Assembly: GCA_963696385.1 (NCBI GenBank)
Contig: CAVOKF010000005.1
Coordinates: forward strand, 320,001-384,000
Direction: 5' to 3'
Length of the DNA stretch: 64,000 nucleotides
Origin: an uncultured delta proteobacterium
Lineage (GTDB): Bacteria; Myxococcota_A; Polyangia; Polyangiales; Polyangiaceae
Below the pieces are notes generated by a model that saw nothing but the letters and a program-made list of their open reading frames with translations, was not told the DNA's origin and did no database searches. Positions within the stretch are counted from its first letter, which is position 1. The number at the start of each line of letters is the position of its first letter. Both the position numbers and the translations under genes were made by a program. Positions 1-8,877 of this stretch are shown one piece after another.

Positions 1-574
1 CCTCGATGAGCACGTTGATCTCGCTCGCTGCGACCTTCTCCAGAAACGCGAACAGTCGGCGCATCGCGACGCTTGCGCCGATAAGGCAGCCGTAGGACTG
101 GATGTTCGGCAGGGTCACCTGGTCCGTGCTTTCCTGAGCTCGAACGTGCAGCACCGAGTCGCCGATCGAGATCGTTCCCTCGCCTGCGAGTTCGGCGTCG
201 CGGATGCGCACTCCGTCGAGCTGAGTGCCGTTAAGCGACCCGTTGTCCTGAAGCCGCCAGATCGCCCCATCACGAGTGAGCTTGCAATGGAAGCGCGAGA
301 CCGCCGGATCGCGCAGAACCAGGTCGTTCGAAGAATGCGTGCCGATCCGACACACTTCGCCCTGATGCGAGACCTGACGCGGGCCGTGCTCCGCTTCCCG
401 CTTCACGTCGATCGTGAGCTTGGGAATCAGGTCGATCATGTCACGGATCGCCCGGACTGCCGAGTCGCGCTTCAGTAGCGTGGGGCTCTCATCCGCCGTG
501 CCCGGCACTTCGGGCGAATCCGCCGACGCGCCGGTGCGGCAGGCGGTCGGCGGCAGGTACGGCGGTCGCAGCAT
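1..574 (-). CDS. FHA-domain sigma54-dependent activator (bEBP), N-terminal part; runs off the window edge
   Basis: Hand translation from ATG 574 gives an FHA motif ([31 protein letters not shown]), then the start of the AAA domain (LIGASVAMRRLFAFLEKVAASEINVLIE). Paralog of 14120-15742. Confidence 0.88.
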   Translation of the reverse strand, partial: MLRPPYLPPTACRTGASADSPEVPGTADESPTLLKRDSAVRAIRDMIDLIPKLTIDVKREAEHGPRQVSHQGEVCRIGTHSSNDLVLRDPAVSRFHCKLTRDGAIWRLQDNGSLNGTQLDGVRIRDAELAGEGTISIGDSVLHVRAQESTDQVTLPNIQSYGCLIGASVAMRRLFAFLEKVAASEINVLIE

Positions 575-774
575 CGGAAGAGATGATGCCACACGGAGAG
601 GACACGCTCTACCCGTCCATAGCGACTTCGTCGTGGCCGCCGTTCGCATAAAGGGGTTTCATGAGGGCGAAGACGCACAAGGACGTCGGGATCGTGGGCG
701 TTCCCGCAGCGTCGGCGTCCTGGGATTGTGTCGACGGCAAGCCTGGCTATTGCGAGCGGTCGAGGCCGTCTTGA

Positions 775-1716
775 TTACACGGTGAAGCGTTGGAACGCTT
801 CGAACGTGCGCTTGAGTCCGTCGCGCACATCGACGATTGGTTCATATCCGATCGCCTCACGTGCGGCGCGAATGTCGGCGAGCGAGTCCCGAACGTCACC
901 GGCGCGAGCCGGTCGGTATTCGGGATCCATCCGGACGCCTGCGATCTCGCCGATGTACCCGACGAGCTGGTTGAGCGACGTCCGCTCACCGCACGCCACG
1001 TTGACCACTTCGCCCCGCAGTCGGCGCGGTGAGCTCCCGGCCAGGAGATTGGCACGGACCGCATTATCAATGTAGCAGAAGTCCCGCGTCTGCTCCCCGT
1101 CTCCAAACACGATTGGGCGCTGCCGCTTGATCGATGCCGCAATGAATTTTGGAATGACCGCGGCGTACTCGCTTTTGGGATCCTGACGCGGGCCGAACAC
1201 GTTGAAGTACCGAAGACTTATCGTGTCCATCCCATAAAGACTCGCGAAGACCCGCATCAAAAGCTCGCCCGTGAGCTTGCTGACGGCGTAGGGCGACAGC
1301 GGTTTCGGGTCCATGGTCTCGACCTTCGGCAGCGTGGGTGTGTCTCCGTAGGCTGCGGAACTTGCGGCGAACACCACGCGTCGTACTCCTGACTGTCGGG
1401 CAGCCTCGAGAACGATGGTCGTGCCGTGAACGCCGACCAACATCGTCTCCGCGGGGCTTTCGACGGAGCGAACGACGCTTGGAATGGCCGCTTGGTGAAA
1501 GACGACTTCGACGTCTCGCATGGCGCGTGTGACCGTCTTCGGGTCGACGATCGTTCCCTCGACCAGATCGAAGCGGCTCGGCAAACTCTCGAGGTTCTCT
1601 CGCCGCCCGCTCGAGAAGTCGTCCAGGATGCGCACGGAGTCACCGCGGGCGAGCAGCGCCTCGGCGATCGAAGAACCGATGAACCCGGCACCGCCTGTGA
1701 TCAAGTGAAGCGCCAT
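775..1716 (-). CDS. NAD-dependent epimerase/dehydratase (UDP-hexose 4-epimerase-like extended SDR)
   Basis: TGGAGFIG Rossmann motif, YAVSK catalytic motif, RYFNVFGPRQDP. Confidence 0.93.
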   Translation of the reverse strand: MALHLITGGAGFIGSSIAEALLARGDSVRILDDFSSGRRENLESLPSRFDLVEGTIVDPKTVTRAMRDVEVVFHQAAIPSVVRSVESPAETMLVGVHGTTIVLEAARQSGVRRVVFAASSAAYGDTPTLPKVETMDPKPLSPYAVSKLTGELLMRVFASLYGMDTISLRYFNVFGPRQDPKSEYAAVIPKFIAASIKRQRPIVFGDGEQTRDFCYIDNAVRANLLAGSSPRRLRGEVVNVACGERTSLNQLVGYIGEIAGVRMDPEYRPARAGDVRDSLADIRAAREAIGYEPIVDVRDGLKRTFEAFQRFTV

Positions 1717-1806
1717 AGTGCCTCCGCGTTCGCGCCGTGACCGTATACATCACCGATCGAGCGCGAGCCCGCTTCGGTCGATGAAGGGTGGAAGACGCCG
1801 GGCACT

Positions 1807-2103
1807 CTATGGGCGGCGTCGCTCGACGGCTCGCCGCTCGCCCGCGAAGGCAGCGGTGAGTGCCGCCCCGAGCGCGTCGCCCTCGTCGCGGCGGTCCCGT
1901 CGGCCGCGGCGGTCGGCAAAGAGGGCTTGCAACTCGGATTCGGAGCAGGGCCGCGCATCGGTGCGGCGATGCATCAGCGCATGAGTGCCGCAAAGCGTCG
2001 CCCGTCCGCCGTCCGGCAGATCGACGACCGCGAGCGCGCGATCGTCCTTATTTTGGCACACGCAGCAGCACGCCCCACGCGTCGGTCTCATGAGCGTACC
2101 CAT
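1807..2103 (-). CDS. Small hypothetical protein with a CxxC...CxxH putative Zn-binding motif
   Basis: CCVC..LCGTH followed by a charged tail; alternative start at 2091. Confidence 0.6.
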   Translation of the reverse strand: MGTLMRPTRGACCCVCQNKDDRALAVVDLPDGGRATLCGTHALMHRRTDARPCSESELQALFADRRGRRDRRDEGDALGAALTAAFAGERRAVERRRP

Positions 2104-2159
2104 CGCGCGATCGGAGGCTCGAGGCCAAGTTTTCGGCTCCGGCGTGGTATGGCCGAATC

Positions 2160-2786
2160 ATGGCGGCTGGGTGGGCGGCGACCGGACGTGGCGTCAGCGT
2201 GCTCGGCCTTGCTTTGCTTGGGGCGGTCGTCGCCTGGAGGTTGAGCGAATCGACCTACCGGTCCGAGATCGAGGCGATCTGCCAGGGCGAAATGGCTTCG
2301 GGTCTCTCGATGCGATCGGACAGCGCGCGAGTCACCGAGCGGATCCGCGCCCGGCTGCGGACGCCGGAGGGCAACCTGTTCTTCTCCTCGCTCCGAGACA
2401 CACCTTTCGATCGAAGGGCGGATCGCCTTCGCGCAGCAGGGGGGGGTCTCGGGATCCAGGCGTGTCCGTTGGCCGACTCGTATGCCGAACTGGTGATGGA
2501 GGCGCGATACCGTTCGGACATGCAGCGCCTGTGCTCGGACGTTACATTTCCCGGCCTCGCGGAGCTGGACGGCGCCGCGCAGGTCGCGGTCCTCAAGGCC
2601 TGGATCGAGGAGAATGCTGGCAGTCCACGAACGCACGATCTGGCCATCGGTCTGCGGACGTCGGGGACACCTTCCGAGACCGCGAAGGTGCTTCGCGACG
2701 CGGCGAACGAAGTGGACGTGCTCACCTGCGACATCGCAAATGGGCTCGAGAACCATGCGGCGACCGGTTCGTGTTCGGCTCCGTAG
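2160..2786 (+). CDS. Hypothetical membrane-anchored protein
   Basis: N-terminal hydrophobic helix, five Cys residues, typical GC-rich codon usage; fills the gap between neighbouring genes. Confidence 0.65.
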   Translation: MAAGWAATGRGVSVLGLALLGAVVAWRLSESTYRSEIEAICQGEMASGLSMRSDSARVTERIRARLRTPEGNLFFSSLRDTPFDRRADRLRAAGGGLGIQACPLADSYAELVMEARYRSDMQRLCSDVTFPGLAELDGAAQVAVLKAWIEENAGSPRTHDLAIGLRTSGTPSETAKVLRDAANEVDVLTCDIANGLENHAATGSCSAP

Positions 2787-2804
2787 TCGGCGCTCGGCGC
2801 ACCT

Positions 2805-3749
2805 TTAGATTCGCTCTTCGGGTTTCAGGCGGCAAGGGACGGGCGGGTCCGGTGGCTCGATTTGGAGCGTCGAGTGTTCGATGCGGAAGCGATCGTGGAG
2901 TGTTTGTTCGATATTCGCGAGAAGTGTCGCGTCTCGCGATAGGTGTCCCTGCACCACCAAGTGGGCCGTGAGAATCGCCTCGGTAGTGCTCATCCCCCAG
3001 ATGTGCAGGTCATGCACTTCGACGACCCCCGGTATCGACAGGAGAAAAGCTCGAATCCCGCTCGGATCGATTCCGCGGGGGACGGCATCGAGCGCGAGAT
3101 CGAGGGAGTGCCTGAGGACAGAGTACGTCGCCACGAGCACCAGCACCGAGACGAGCAACGCAACGATGGGATCCAGGCGCATCCACCCGGTTGCTTGCAC
3201 CAGGACCCCGGATACGACGACCCCCAGGGCGATGACGGCGTCCCCGGCGAGATGGGTAAACGCGGCGCCGATGTTCAGATCACGCTTTCGACTGCCGGCG
3301 AACAGCAGAGCTGAAACGGCGTTGATGACGGCCGCTACGGCTGAGACCGTGATGACGACCGAAGCACGCACCGCGGGGGGCGATGCGAGCCGCCGCATCG
3401 CCTCCCACCCGACCCCGCCGGTGGCGACCAGCAAGAGGATCGCATTCCCCAGCGCCGCGATGATCGAGGCTCGTCGCATTCCATAGGTGCGGCGCGCCGT
3501 GGCCGGTCGGCGTGACAACAGCGCGGCACCCCAGGCCATCGCCAGCCCGAGCACGTCGCTCGCGTTGTGGGCGGCATCCGAAATCAGTGCCATCGAGTGG
3601 GAGGCGGCGCTTCCGGCGACCTCCAGAACGATGATCGCCATGTTGAGCAGAATCCCGATCGCAAACGCACGGCCATAGGTGGGTGCTTTCCCGCCTACGT
3701 GAACGTGGCTATGGTCAAGCCCGTGGGCGTGCGAGTGACCGTTTCCCAT
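2805..3749 (-). CDS. Cation diffusion facilitator (CzcD/ZitB-type Zn/Co/Cd transporter)
   Basis: His-rich N-terminus (HSHAHGLDHSHVH), SDAAHN, HLAGD, HDLHIW and HSTLQIE motifs; start at ATG 3749. Confidence 0.95.
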   Translation of the reverse strand: MGNGHSHAHGLDHSHVHVGGKAPTYGRAFAIGILLNMAIIVLEVAGSAASHSMALISDAAHNASDVLGLAMAWGAALLSRRPATARRTYGMRRASIIAALGNAILLLVATGGVGWEAMRRLASPPAVRASVVITVSAVAAVINAVSALLFAGSRKRDLNIGAAFTHLAGDAVIALGVVVSGVLVQATGWMRLDPIVALLVSVLVLVATYSVLRHSLDLALDAVPRGIDPSGIRAFLLSIPGVVEVHDLHIWGMSTTEAILTAHLVVQGHLSRDATLLANIEQTLHDRFRIEHSTLQIEPPDPPVPCRLKPEERI

Positions 3750-3972
3750 CAGCGGAGTCTCTAACTGAAGGAGCGGCGGCGGGCTACCCGGTGATGATCC
3801 TGAGCACCGCAGACGCCGGACCGTGCTACGGAGCCGTTTCGCGGGCCGGGCCACACGCCGCAATCCTCGGCAACGAGACGCGCAGGGGGGCTGGGCGGGG
3901 CCAAGACCGGGCGCGCCGGCCGGATTCGGATCCTGGAGGCTTGGCGGACCCGTCGGGGAGCCCGAGCCCGGG

Positions 3973-4959
3973 TCAACGTCCCGAGATCCGGGCGAAGCCG
4001 GCCGCTTGAAGAATCGCGCGGACGTAGGTCCGGGGTAAAGCCGCGTGGAGAGCGGGAACGCGCTTGAACACTACGGGACGGGATAGCATCGTTGGGTCTG
4101 GTTCCCGATCGGTCGTGTCGTCGACCGGCGTCGCGGTGACCCCGGAACGCCAAAGCACCTCCGCTGCGGTACGCGCGAGCGACTCCGAAGCGTCGGCCGT
4201 GCCGGTACAGCAGGTGTAAAAATCGATGAACCGCAGCGCCCGCTCGCCGGGCACGCCGAAGCGATCCGGGTCGTCGCGAATCCAGTCGGCGAACACGCGC
4301 TGAGCTCCATACAACGCGTCGAGCAGAACGACCTCCGTGATCTGCGGAACGTCGCCGAGTTCCAGCACACTCGCCGCCGCCTGATAACCTCCGGAATGGG
4401 CGATGACCACGACGCGGTCGAGCGCGTCGACTTCGATGGGGCAGCCGATGGCTTCGGCAAGCCGGTCGGAAAGGAGCTCTCGAAGCATGGCGTGGAAGCT
4501 TCCAGGCATGGCCAGATTGCCCGGTTCGCCGCTCGCCGTGTCGATGCGCAACTCGACCGCAAGGAGGAGGGCATTGACCTGGGCATCGTCGACCTGTGCC
4601 ATGAGCGCGGATGCGGGCCGCGGCTCTCCGCCCGGCTTGCAAGGCGTGTCGTCGCGGCTGAGAGCGGCCGTCGCGCATCCATGCCACCCGTGGAAGTAGA
4701 CAATGAGCCCCGGTCGCCTAGTCGCGTCGAAACCGACCGGCACATAGACGGAGGCGTCGGCGTGTAAGGAGTCCGGAAACGCGCCGTTGCGAAGACGAAC
4801 GGGCAGGGCATCTCTCAGCGGCGGTCGAAGTCCTTCACAAGCGCTTCGGGCGAGCGCTGGCGCAGCTCGTCGCGCGTTGCGCCACGGAGGCGTCGCGTCC
4901 GTCGACTGCAGGGACGAGGCGGTGACCACGGCCAGCCAGAGCAACTCGGTTCGCGTCAC
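3973..4959 (-). CDS. Secreted alpha/beta-hydrolase-fold protein
   Basis: Signal-like N-terminus, VYFHGW, AHSGG nucleophile elbow, LLDALYG. Confidence 0.75.
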   Translation of the reverse strand: MTRTELLWLAVVTASSLQSTDATPPWRNARRAAPALARSACEGLRPPLRDALPVRLRNGAFPDSLHADASVYVPVGFDATRRPGLIVYFHGWHGCATAALSRDDTPCKPGGEPRPASALMAQVDDAQVNALLLAVELRIDTASGEPGNLAMPGSFHAMLRELLSDRLAEAIGCPIEVDALDRVVVIAHSGGYQAAASVLELGDVPQITEVVLLDALYGAQRVFADWIRDDPDRFGVPGERALRFIDFYTCCTGTADASESLARTAAEVLWRSGVTATPVDDTTDREPDPTMLSRPVVFKRVPALHAALPRTYVRAILQAAGFARISGR

Positions 4960-5066
4960 GTGACCGCTTCCTACGGTCGGCCGTCTGATCGGCGGTGCTT
5001 TTCACGCAAACTCGAGGGCGCCGACGGCCTTGGGTCAGAAACGGTGGCCGTCGGTACCCCACGCCA

Positions 5067-6080
5067 TCATTTGAGCTCATACGCTTCGACCGTGTCTTCG
5101 GTGAAATGAGGGACCAGAACACGCCCCCGCTTCGTGTCGTAGCCGATGTCGGCGGGCGACTTCTGATCCGCGAGCGCCAGTTCGAACGTCCCGCCGAGTT
5201 TGCCACGAAAAACGGCGGATGCTTGCCAGCTTGAGACAAGCAGCGAGTCGCCGACCGACACGACTCCGTCAAGCCCTCCACCCGGCGGCTTCGAGACGTC
5301 CTTCTTCTTGCCTTTGTCATCGAGTCGGTACACTTCGCCCAATCCAAACGTCACGACCACGACCCCGGTTTCCGTCGAGACCAATCCGTTCGGGCCGCCC
5401 AGGTCGGTCCCCTTCGCGAGAGCCCTAACCTTGCGCTTGTCGATCACGTAGACTGCGTCCGTGCCGGTCGGCTCGACAGAGCCCGTCGCGCCGAATTTGA
5501 TTCCCGTATCCGACACGAACACTTTGCCGTCGGGGCTCGAAGCCAGGTCGTTGAGGAAAGTCGATCCGGGAACGGCGATATCCCCTTTGGGCGCCCCGGA
5601 TTTTGCATCGAAGGTGCGGACGACGGTGATGTCCGCGGCGTAGAGCACGCCGCCGACGAGCGCTAGACCCTTTGGCGCGTCGAGCTTGACCTTGTTCTTA
5701 CCTCCTTCGATCCATTTGAGGGTCGTCACTTGTCCGTCGGGGGAGAGGACCGAAATGAATCCGTTGTTGTCCTTGTCGTTCGGCTTTCCATTGACGTTTG
5801 AGACGAGATAGCGATCGTTTTCGGGGTCGTATAGAACGCTCTCCGGTGTCGAGAATCCCGTGTACTTCGCGGCTGGCATGGGCGGGAGCGGCTTCGGTGG
5901 TACGGCAGTCGGCGGGCTTGCCGAGGAAGATTCGGCTGGCGCAGCCACGCTCGCGCTCGCTACGGGGGTGGGCGCAGCAGACGTGACCGGTGGCGGGGGT
6001 TGGGGGGGGGGATTCTCGGCACCGCAAGATAGGCTCGCGGATGCCCATACGATTGAAACCAACGTCACCGAACGCATCAT
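5067..6080 (-). CDS. SMP-30/gluconolactonase-like beta-propeller lipoprotein
   Basis: Lipobox SLSC, Pro/Ala linker, then TPESVLYD, APKGL, FLND, GPNG, GLDG and SPADIG blades; start at ATG 6080. Confidence 0.88.
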   Translation of the reverse strand: MMRSVTLVSIVWASASLSCGAENPPPQPPPPVTSAAPTPVASASVAAPAESSSASPPTAVPPKPLPPMPAAKYTGFSTPESVLYDPENDRYLVSNVNGKPNDKDNNGFISVLSPDGQVTTLKWIEGGKNKVKLDAPKGLALVGGVLYAADITVVRTFDAKSGAPKGDIAVPGSTFLNDLASSPDGKVFVSDTGIKFGATGSVEPTGTDAVYVIDKRKVRALAKGTDLGGPNGLVSTETGVVVVTFGLGEVYRLDDKGKKKDVSKPPGGGLDGVVSVGDSLLVSSWQASAVFRGKLGGTFELALADQKSPADIGYDTKRGRVLVPHFTEDTVEAYELK

Positions 6081-6153
6081 GGGGTCGTCCTCCTCGCGCC
6101 CGTTTACCACACCCGGCGGTGCGCGGCCTGCCGTGAGAGGTTCGAGGGTCGAA

Positions 6154-6915
6154 CTAATCGCAATAGAGTTCGCTTCCGTCGACACGACAGTCCGTCCGTC
6201 GACACTCGCGCTTTTTTGCATACGTTTTTCCGACGCACATGAGCTCCGATCTTCCGTCGACACCGCACGCGATGCGATTGGGTTCGCTGCAAGGGTCTCC
6301 TTCGAGTGCGATTCCGTCGTCGCATTCCACTTTGTGGGGTCCAGCATCGACACGGCATCCGAGGGGGCCGCGGCAGGTCGACGCCGGGACGAAAGCGCGC
6401 CCGTTGCACTCGACCATGGTTTGATGGTCTACCGAGCAGGCGAACGAGCCCTCTCGCTCGCACGGGTCGTCTGGTTCGCTCAACGAAGTGTCACAATCGA
6501 GCCGTCCCGCGCCTGAGATGGAGCAACCTCCGGCACCACGACAACGCCGCCATAGCCGAAAGTGCCCATCCCGGCAGACGAGCGCGGCGGAGCAATCCGT
6601 CGCGCACGCGTAGTCGATGGACGGGTCAGCCGGGCAAGGGTCGCCTGCCTTGGCTATCGTGTCGTCGCAATCCTCGCTGCCGTCGCCGCCCCGCGTACAG
6701 CCGCGTGGGCCCTGGCAGGGAACTTCGCGCCATGTTGCGGAGTCGCAAATGAGCGCCCGATCGGTCGCGCGGCAGAAGAGCCGATGCGGCATCCGGCAAG
6801 CCTCTCCTGCCTCGGATCGAGCGTGGCAGGAGCTGAACGGCATCGCAGCGACCGCGAACCAGACGAGCAACGCGACGGAGCGCCCGGCGGTGGAGGACAG
6901 GTCGGTCGCCACCAC
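6154..6915 (-). CDS. Cys-rich repeat lipoprotein
   Basis: Lipobox-like FSSC; about four ~57-aa repeats of C..CRGxxGC..CD...GDPC..AC. Confidence 0.8.
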   Translation of the reverse strand: MVATDLSSTAGRSVALLVWFAVAAMPFSSCHARSEAGEACRMPHRLFCRATDRALICDSATWREVPCQGPRGCTRGGDGSEDCDDTIAKAGDPCPADPSIDYACATDCSAALVCRDGHFRLWRRCRGAGGCSISGAGRLDCDTSLSEPDDPCEREGSFACSVDHQTMVECNGRAFVPASTCRGPLGCRVDAGPHKVECDDGIALEGDPCSEPNRIACGVDGRSELMCVGKTYAKKRECRRTDCRVDGSELYCD

Positions 6916-7021
6916 GCGTCGTCCGCCTTCATCGAGATCAAACGCGACTTCGCGCGACGGGTAAAGGCGGTTTCCGGCATCATTTTCCAGGCACTCTGGC
7001 TAGAGCCGTGAGGGACGCGGT

Positions 7022-8632
7022 TCACCCGAGCGTGGTGAACAGCCAAAAAAACGACCCGGAAAGGACAATGGAGACGGGCAGCGTGAGCACCCAAGCCATT
7101 CCCAGATTGCGGACGGTTTCCCACTGCAATCCCGTTCGGTTGGCAGCCATCGTTCCTGCGACGCCTGAGGACAGCACGTGCGTGGTGCTGACGGGCAGTC
7201 CGAACCCGTCTGCGGCGCCGATCGTGAGCATGGCCGTGATCTCCGCGGCGGCTCCTTGAGCGTACGTCAGGTGGTCTTTTCCGATTTTCTCGCCGACCGT
7301 TACCACGATCCGCTTCCATCCCACCATCGTGCCGAGCCCGAGGGCGATCGCGACCGCAACCTTCACCCAACCTGGGATGAAGCGGGTGGCCTGGTCGATA
7401 TGGCCCTTGTAGTTCTTCAAGATGGCCATGTCTTCCGGCGATAGGACGGGCTGTCCGGACTTTTCGATCCGTCGGATGGCCTCGCCCACGAGGTAAAGGT
7501 CGTTTCGAAAGTTGCGGGTCTGCTCCGCCGGAACGTGACGCAGCTCCTTGAACCGGCCCATGTCCTTCGCGATTTCTCCGACCAAGCGTGCCAGGGCGGG
7601 GATGGTGGTCGGTGTGAGGGTACGATCCCGCACGTAGCCCGAGACCTCGGCGCGCGCATCGCCCTCGAACGCAGGCGAGGTCGTGTAGCGATCGAGCGCC
7701 TGGACCGATTGTGCCGAAACGGCCACGAAATCTTGCGTGTACGAAGAGGGCAGCGCGTGATTCAGCGCGTACGCCGTGGGGACGGTGCCGATGAGGATCA
7801 GCATGATGAGCCCCATCCCTTTCTGTCCGTCGTTCGACCCATGAGCGAAGCTGACGCCGGTGCAGGTGAGCAAGAGCAGGCACCGTATCCAGAAAGGCGG
7901 GGGGTCGGTCCCCTCGGGCGCCGCGTAAAGTCGCTTGTCCGGGATGACCTTTTTGCAGACAAGAAGAAGGATCGCAGCAAAAACGAAACCGACGAGCGGC
8001 GACAGAAGAAGGGACTTGGCGACGTTTCCGGCCTGCCCCCAATCCACCCCGCTGGTGGCCGATCCTTTAGCGGCCATGAGCTGGTTGGCGATGCCGACGC
8101 CGATGATCGATCCGATAAGGGTGTGCGAGCTTGACGATGGCAACCCAAACCACCAAGTCCCGAGATTCCACACGATGGCTGCAGCGAGCAGCGCAAACAC
8201 CATGGCGAATCCGGAGCCGCTTCCCACTTGCAGAATGAGCTCGACGGGCAGAAGCGACACGATGCCGAAGGCAACGGCCCCCGTGGACACGAGGACGCCG
8301 ATGAAGTTCCAAGCGCCCGACCACATGACCGCGAGGTTCGGTTCCAACGAATGGGTGTAAATCACCGTTGCGACGGCGTTCGCCGTGTCGTGAAAGCCGT
8401 TGACGAATTCGAACGCCAACGCGATGAAAAGTGCGATCCCGAGCAGGATGTACGGGAAAATCGACGCCGTGGGTGCACGTGCCAGGTCGCCGACCAGTGC
8501 GGAGCCGACGTAGCTGAATCCGACGACCAGAGCGCCCAGGAAGATTCCGACCCCAATTTTGCTCGGCTTCCGGTCGAGCTTCGGCCCCAGCTTCGACGCG
8601 AATACCCGTTCGGATGTTGCGGTTGTCGCCAT
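7022..8632 (-). CDS. pitA: Inorganic phosphate transporter (PiT family)
   Basis: NGFHDTANAVAT, GLPSSSSH, AHGSNDGQK and GLPVSTTH signatures. Confidence 0.96.
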   Translation of the reverse strand: MATTATSERVFASKLGPKLDRKPSKIGVGIFLGALVVGFSYVGSALVGDLARAPTASIFPYILLGIALFIALAFEFVNGFHDTANAVATVIYTHSLEPNLAVMWSGAWNFIGVLVSTGAVAFGIVSLLPVELILQVGSGSGFAMVFALLAAAIVWNLGTWWFGLPSSSSHTLIGSIIGVGIANQLMAAKGSATSGVDWGQAGNVAKSLLLSPLVGFVFAAILLLVCKKVIPDKRLYAAPEGTDPPPFWIRCLLLLTCTGVSFAHGSNDGQKGMGLIMLILIGTVPTAYALNHALPSSYTQDFVAVSAQSVQALDRYTTSPAFEGDARAEVSGYVRDRTLTPTTIPALARLVGEIAKDMGRFKELRHVPAEQTRNFRNDLYLVGEAIRRIEKSGQPVLSPEDMAILKNYKGHIDQATRFIPGWVKVAVAIALGLGTMVGWKRIVVTVGEKIGKDHLTYAQGAAAEITAMLTIGAADGFGLPVSTTHVLSSGVAGTMAANRTGLQWETVRNLGMAWVLTLPVSIVLSGSFFWLFTTLG

Positions 8633-8677
8633 CTCAATCCTCGGCCCTACTCGTACTTCGAAGGGCTCGGTTCGAAC

Positions 8678-8693
8678 GTTACAATGTTGTTAC
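8678..8693 (-). promoter_or_regulatory. Pho-box-like 11-bp-period direct repeat upstream of pit
   Basis: Minus strand GTAAC-AACATT-GTAAC, 46-61 bp upstream of the pit ATG, in an AT-rich patch. Confidence 0.5.
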
Positions 8694-8847
8694 GAAAACC
8701 AGCCGCGGGGAACGCGCTACCTCATCTTCAAGATGTTGAAGGGGACCGCGGGGGAGCGGGGCGCGTGGACCTGTCTCGGGACAGGGCCCGTTCGTCCCCG
8801 ACGTCGAGTGGGCGCGATCTTGCGGCACAATTTGCCCCTCGTCTCGC

Positions 8848-8863
8848 GGGCACGGTGTTCGCT
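8848..8863 (+). promoter_or_regulatory. Putative sigma54 -24/-12 promoter of comM
   Basis: GGGCACGGTGTTCGCT; GG(8849)-N10-GC(8861). Confidence 0.6.
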
Positions 8864-8877
8864 GAGACCCGCCTCGC

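Noticed and set aside
6002..6011. G10 tract in the SMP-30-like lipoprotein as a phase-variation switch
   Set aside because: In frame and encodes a Pro linker; no evidence of switching.
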